Source: Candidatus Stahliibacteriota bacterium (GTDB lineage Bacteria > Hydrothermota > Tepidihabitantia > B3-TA06). Taken from it: a DNA stretch of 34,874 nt. The stretch's first letter is position 1; each line of letters begins with the position of its first letter. Position numbers and translations under genes: made by a program. Location of the stretch: assembly GCA_030670165.1 (NCBI GenBank), contig DAOVCF010000002.1, positions 1 through 34,874 on the forward strand. The letters are read 5' to 3'. Below are positions 33,496-34,874 of this stretch, in pieces. The notes under the pieces were generated by a model. That model was given only the letters and a program-made list of their open reading frames with translations, was not told where the DNA came from and did not search any database.

Positions 33496-33589
33496 ACCCA
33501 CCTCAGGGATTTACACCGCAAACCCCTACGGACCACGAAAATGATACCCGAAAGTTCCTTCATTATGTATTCACTCTCTTTAATACGAG

Positions 33590-33617
33590 ATAATAGGCGA
33601 TAATCATCTTAATGCAA
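33590..33617 (-). promoter_or_regulatory. Sigma70-like promoter of the lipid-kinase operon
   Basis: On the minus strand: TTGCAT (33617-33612), 16-nt spacer, TATTAT (33595-33590). The leader is about 85 nt. Confidence 0.5.
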
Positions 33618-33627
33618 GTCACTTTTA

Positions 33628-33663
33628 CACCCCACGGATTTGCTTCGCAAATCCGTGGGGACC
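33628..33663 (-). repeat. Type-2 REP-like hairpin, copy C
   Basis: Minus-strand reading: GGTCCCCACGGATTTGC-GAA-GCAAATCCGTGGGGTG. Perfect 14-bp stem, 36 nt after the OmpA-like stop. Confidence 0.7.
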
Positions 33664-33699
33664 CGGTACTCTTTTCGATCGCCGCTCATGGGTCGTTTT

Positions 33700-34296
33700 C
33701 TATCTGAGGTATACCTCTACCCTGCGGTTTTTGGCCCTTCCTTCGGAGGTGGAGTTGGAGGCCAGTGGCCGAGCGGCTGAGATGCCGCAGGGAACGAGTC
33801 TTTTGTAGTCTATCCCCCGATCAAGCAGGTAACGAGCTATGGCGGCGGCACGCAGCGCTGTAAGCTCCCAGTTGGTGGGATAGCGATCGCGCAGCGAGGA
33901 GCCCACGCGTACGTTGTCGGTATGGACCATGATCACCACGTCGCCCTGGGAGGTTTTAAGGACGGGAAGAAGCTTGTCAAGCTCCCCCTTGCCCTTGGCC
34001 GAGAGCTGGCCCGGCTTTGACGAGGAGAAGAGGTCGTCTGAAGGGATGGTTGCAAGCAGACTGCCGTAGGTAAACTCCTGGGACCGGATCGATGCAGTAT
34101 CTAAAGCAACGGTGCTGTCCGAGACAGACATTGTATCGATCGGCCTCCCCTGCAGGGCCGCCACCTTCGCGGTCCACATCTTTATCTCCTCGGCCTGCTC
34201 GGCGTAGCCGCGCTCCAAGGACGCGTAGAAGATGAAGTAGGCCGCCACCCCGGCGGCAGCAAAGAGCAGCGCTAAAATCCAGCCTAAATATCTCAT
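33700..34296 (-). CDS. OmpA/MotB-family C-terminal-domain protein with an N-terminal membrane anchor
   Basis: 198 aa. Anchor ILALLFAAAGVAAYFIF, then VMVHTDNV, NWELTALRAAAIARYL, GRAKNRRVEVYL. The start overlaps the valS stop by 4 nt. Confidence 0.85.
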   Translation of the reverse strand: MRYLGWILALLFAAAGVAAYFIFYASLERGYAEQAEEIKMWTAKVAALQGRPIDTMSVSDSTVALDTASIRSQEFTYGSLLATIPSDDLFSSSKPGQLSAKGKGELDKLLPVLKTSQGDVVIMVHTDNVRVGSSLRDRYPTNWELTALRAAAIARYLLDRGIDYKRLVPCGISAARPLASNSTSEGRAKNRRVEVYLR

Positions 34297-34874
34297 GCCA
34301 GACCCTCCTTGAGCTCGCGCAAGCGCGCGATCTTTGCTACAAAAGTCTCCAGACGCCCCCTCTCGGCGGAAACGACGGCGTCCGGGGCCTTCTTTATGAA
34401 TTCCTCGTTGGAAAGCTTGCCGTTGGTCCTTTCAATCTCCGCTTCGAGATTGCTAATCTCCTTTGAGAGCCGGACGCGTTCGGCCTCAAGGTTCAGGGTT
34501 CCGGAAGAAACGAACTCCGCAAGCGGGAGATAGACCTGGCCCCATGAAAACACCGCGCCGGTGGAGGGGTGAGGCTTCTTTTTCGCCCTGCTGAGGCCCT
34601 CGATCCCGGCAAGACCGGCAAGAAAGATCATGTTTGCTTCAAGAGAGGCGTAGAGTGCATCGTCGGAGGTAACCACGGCAACCTTAACCTGCATCTCCTT
34701 AGCTATGCCAAGCTCGGAGCGCATGGTGCGCACGGCGGTGATAAGGTCGGTCATGGCATCCACCGATTGGGGCGATTGGCTGAACTGGGGGGGAACCTCG
34801 GGCCAGCGGTCGGAAAAGAGGCGGTGATCGGCAAAGCTAAACCGCTCCCAGAGCTCCTCGGTGATGAACGGCAT
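34293..34874 (-). CDS. valS: Valyl-tRNA synthetase, C-terminal part (5' end lies outside the window)
   Basis: PFITEELWE at the window edge, an anticodon-binding-domain tail and a C-terminal coiled coil (KLSNEEFIKKAPDAVVSAERGRLETF..). The leading Met in the ORF track is an edge artefact. Confidence 0.85.
   Translation of the reverse strand: MPFITEELWERFSFADHRLFSDRWPEVPPQFSQSPQSVDAMTDLITAVRTMRSELGIAKEMQVKVAVVTSDDALYASLEANMIFLAGLAGIEGLSRAKKKPHPSTGAVFSWGQVYLPLAEFVSSGTLNLEAERVRLSKEISNLEAEIERTNGKLSNEEFIKKAPDAVVSAERGRLETFVAKIARLRELKEGLA

Noticed and set aside
1-34874. A scan for mobile-element and defence hallmarks: transposase, integrase, phage genes, CRISPR arrays, toxin-antitoxin pairs, restriction-modification genes, reverse transcriptase
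   Set aside because: No ORF shows the corresponding motifs, and I saw no terminal inverted repeats or spaced direct-repeat arrays. The only signs of rearrangement are the low-G+C tmk cassette and the receptor relic.

Overview
This 34.9 kb window looks like chromosomal DNA from an uncultivated Gram-negative-type bacterium. An FCB-related candidate phylum is my guess, based on DUF5683-like, LVIVD and form III RuBisCO genes. G+C is in the mid-to-high 50s % by eye. About 27 genes are tightly packed, many with 4-nt start/stop overlaps. In order: a translationally coupled form III RuBisCO plus plant/archaeal-type phosphoribulokinase pair; a TonB-receptor-like outer-membrane barrel; a minus-strand block of Wza-like, Wzz-like, smc and ftsY; a compact signalling operon that runs directly into an EF-G gene; a low-G+C tmk plus Cys-rich small ORF cassette; a cobalamin riboswitch with a BtuB-like receptor next to a B12-binding radical SAM gene; an envelope cluster with two LVIVD beta-propeller paralogs; a polytopic membrane protein plus TPR pair; and DUF5683-like, DAG-kinase-family, OmpA-like and valS (partial) genes. 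The signalling operon is the best candidate for an undescribed system: an input-less hybrid histidine kinase, a CheY-like receiver, and a REC-DUF4388/PATAN protein ending in a Ras-like domain with eroded G motifs. Non-coding signals: near-consensus TTGAC(A/C)-N16/17-TATAAT-like promoters at almost every operon start, three placed for leaderless mRNAs, and two families of conserved-flank, covarying-stem hairpins at gene 3' ends. I saw no CRISPR array, transposase, integrase, phage gene, rRNA or tRNA. All calls come from reading the sequence and recalling motifs; no searches were run.
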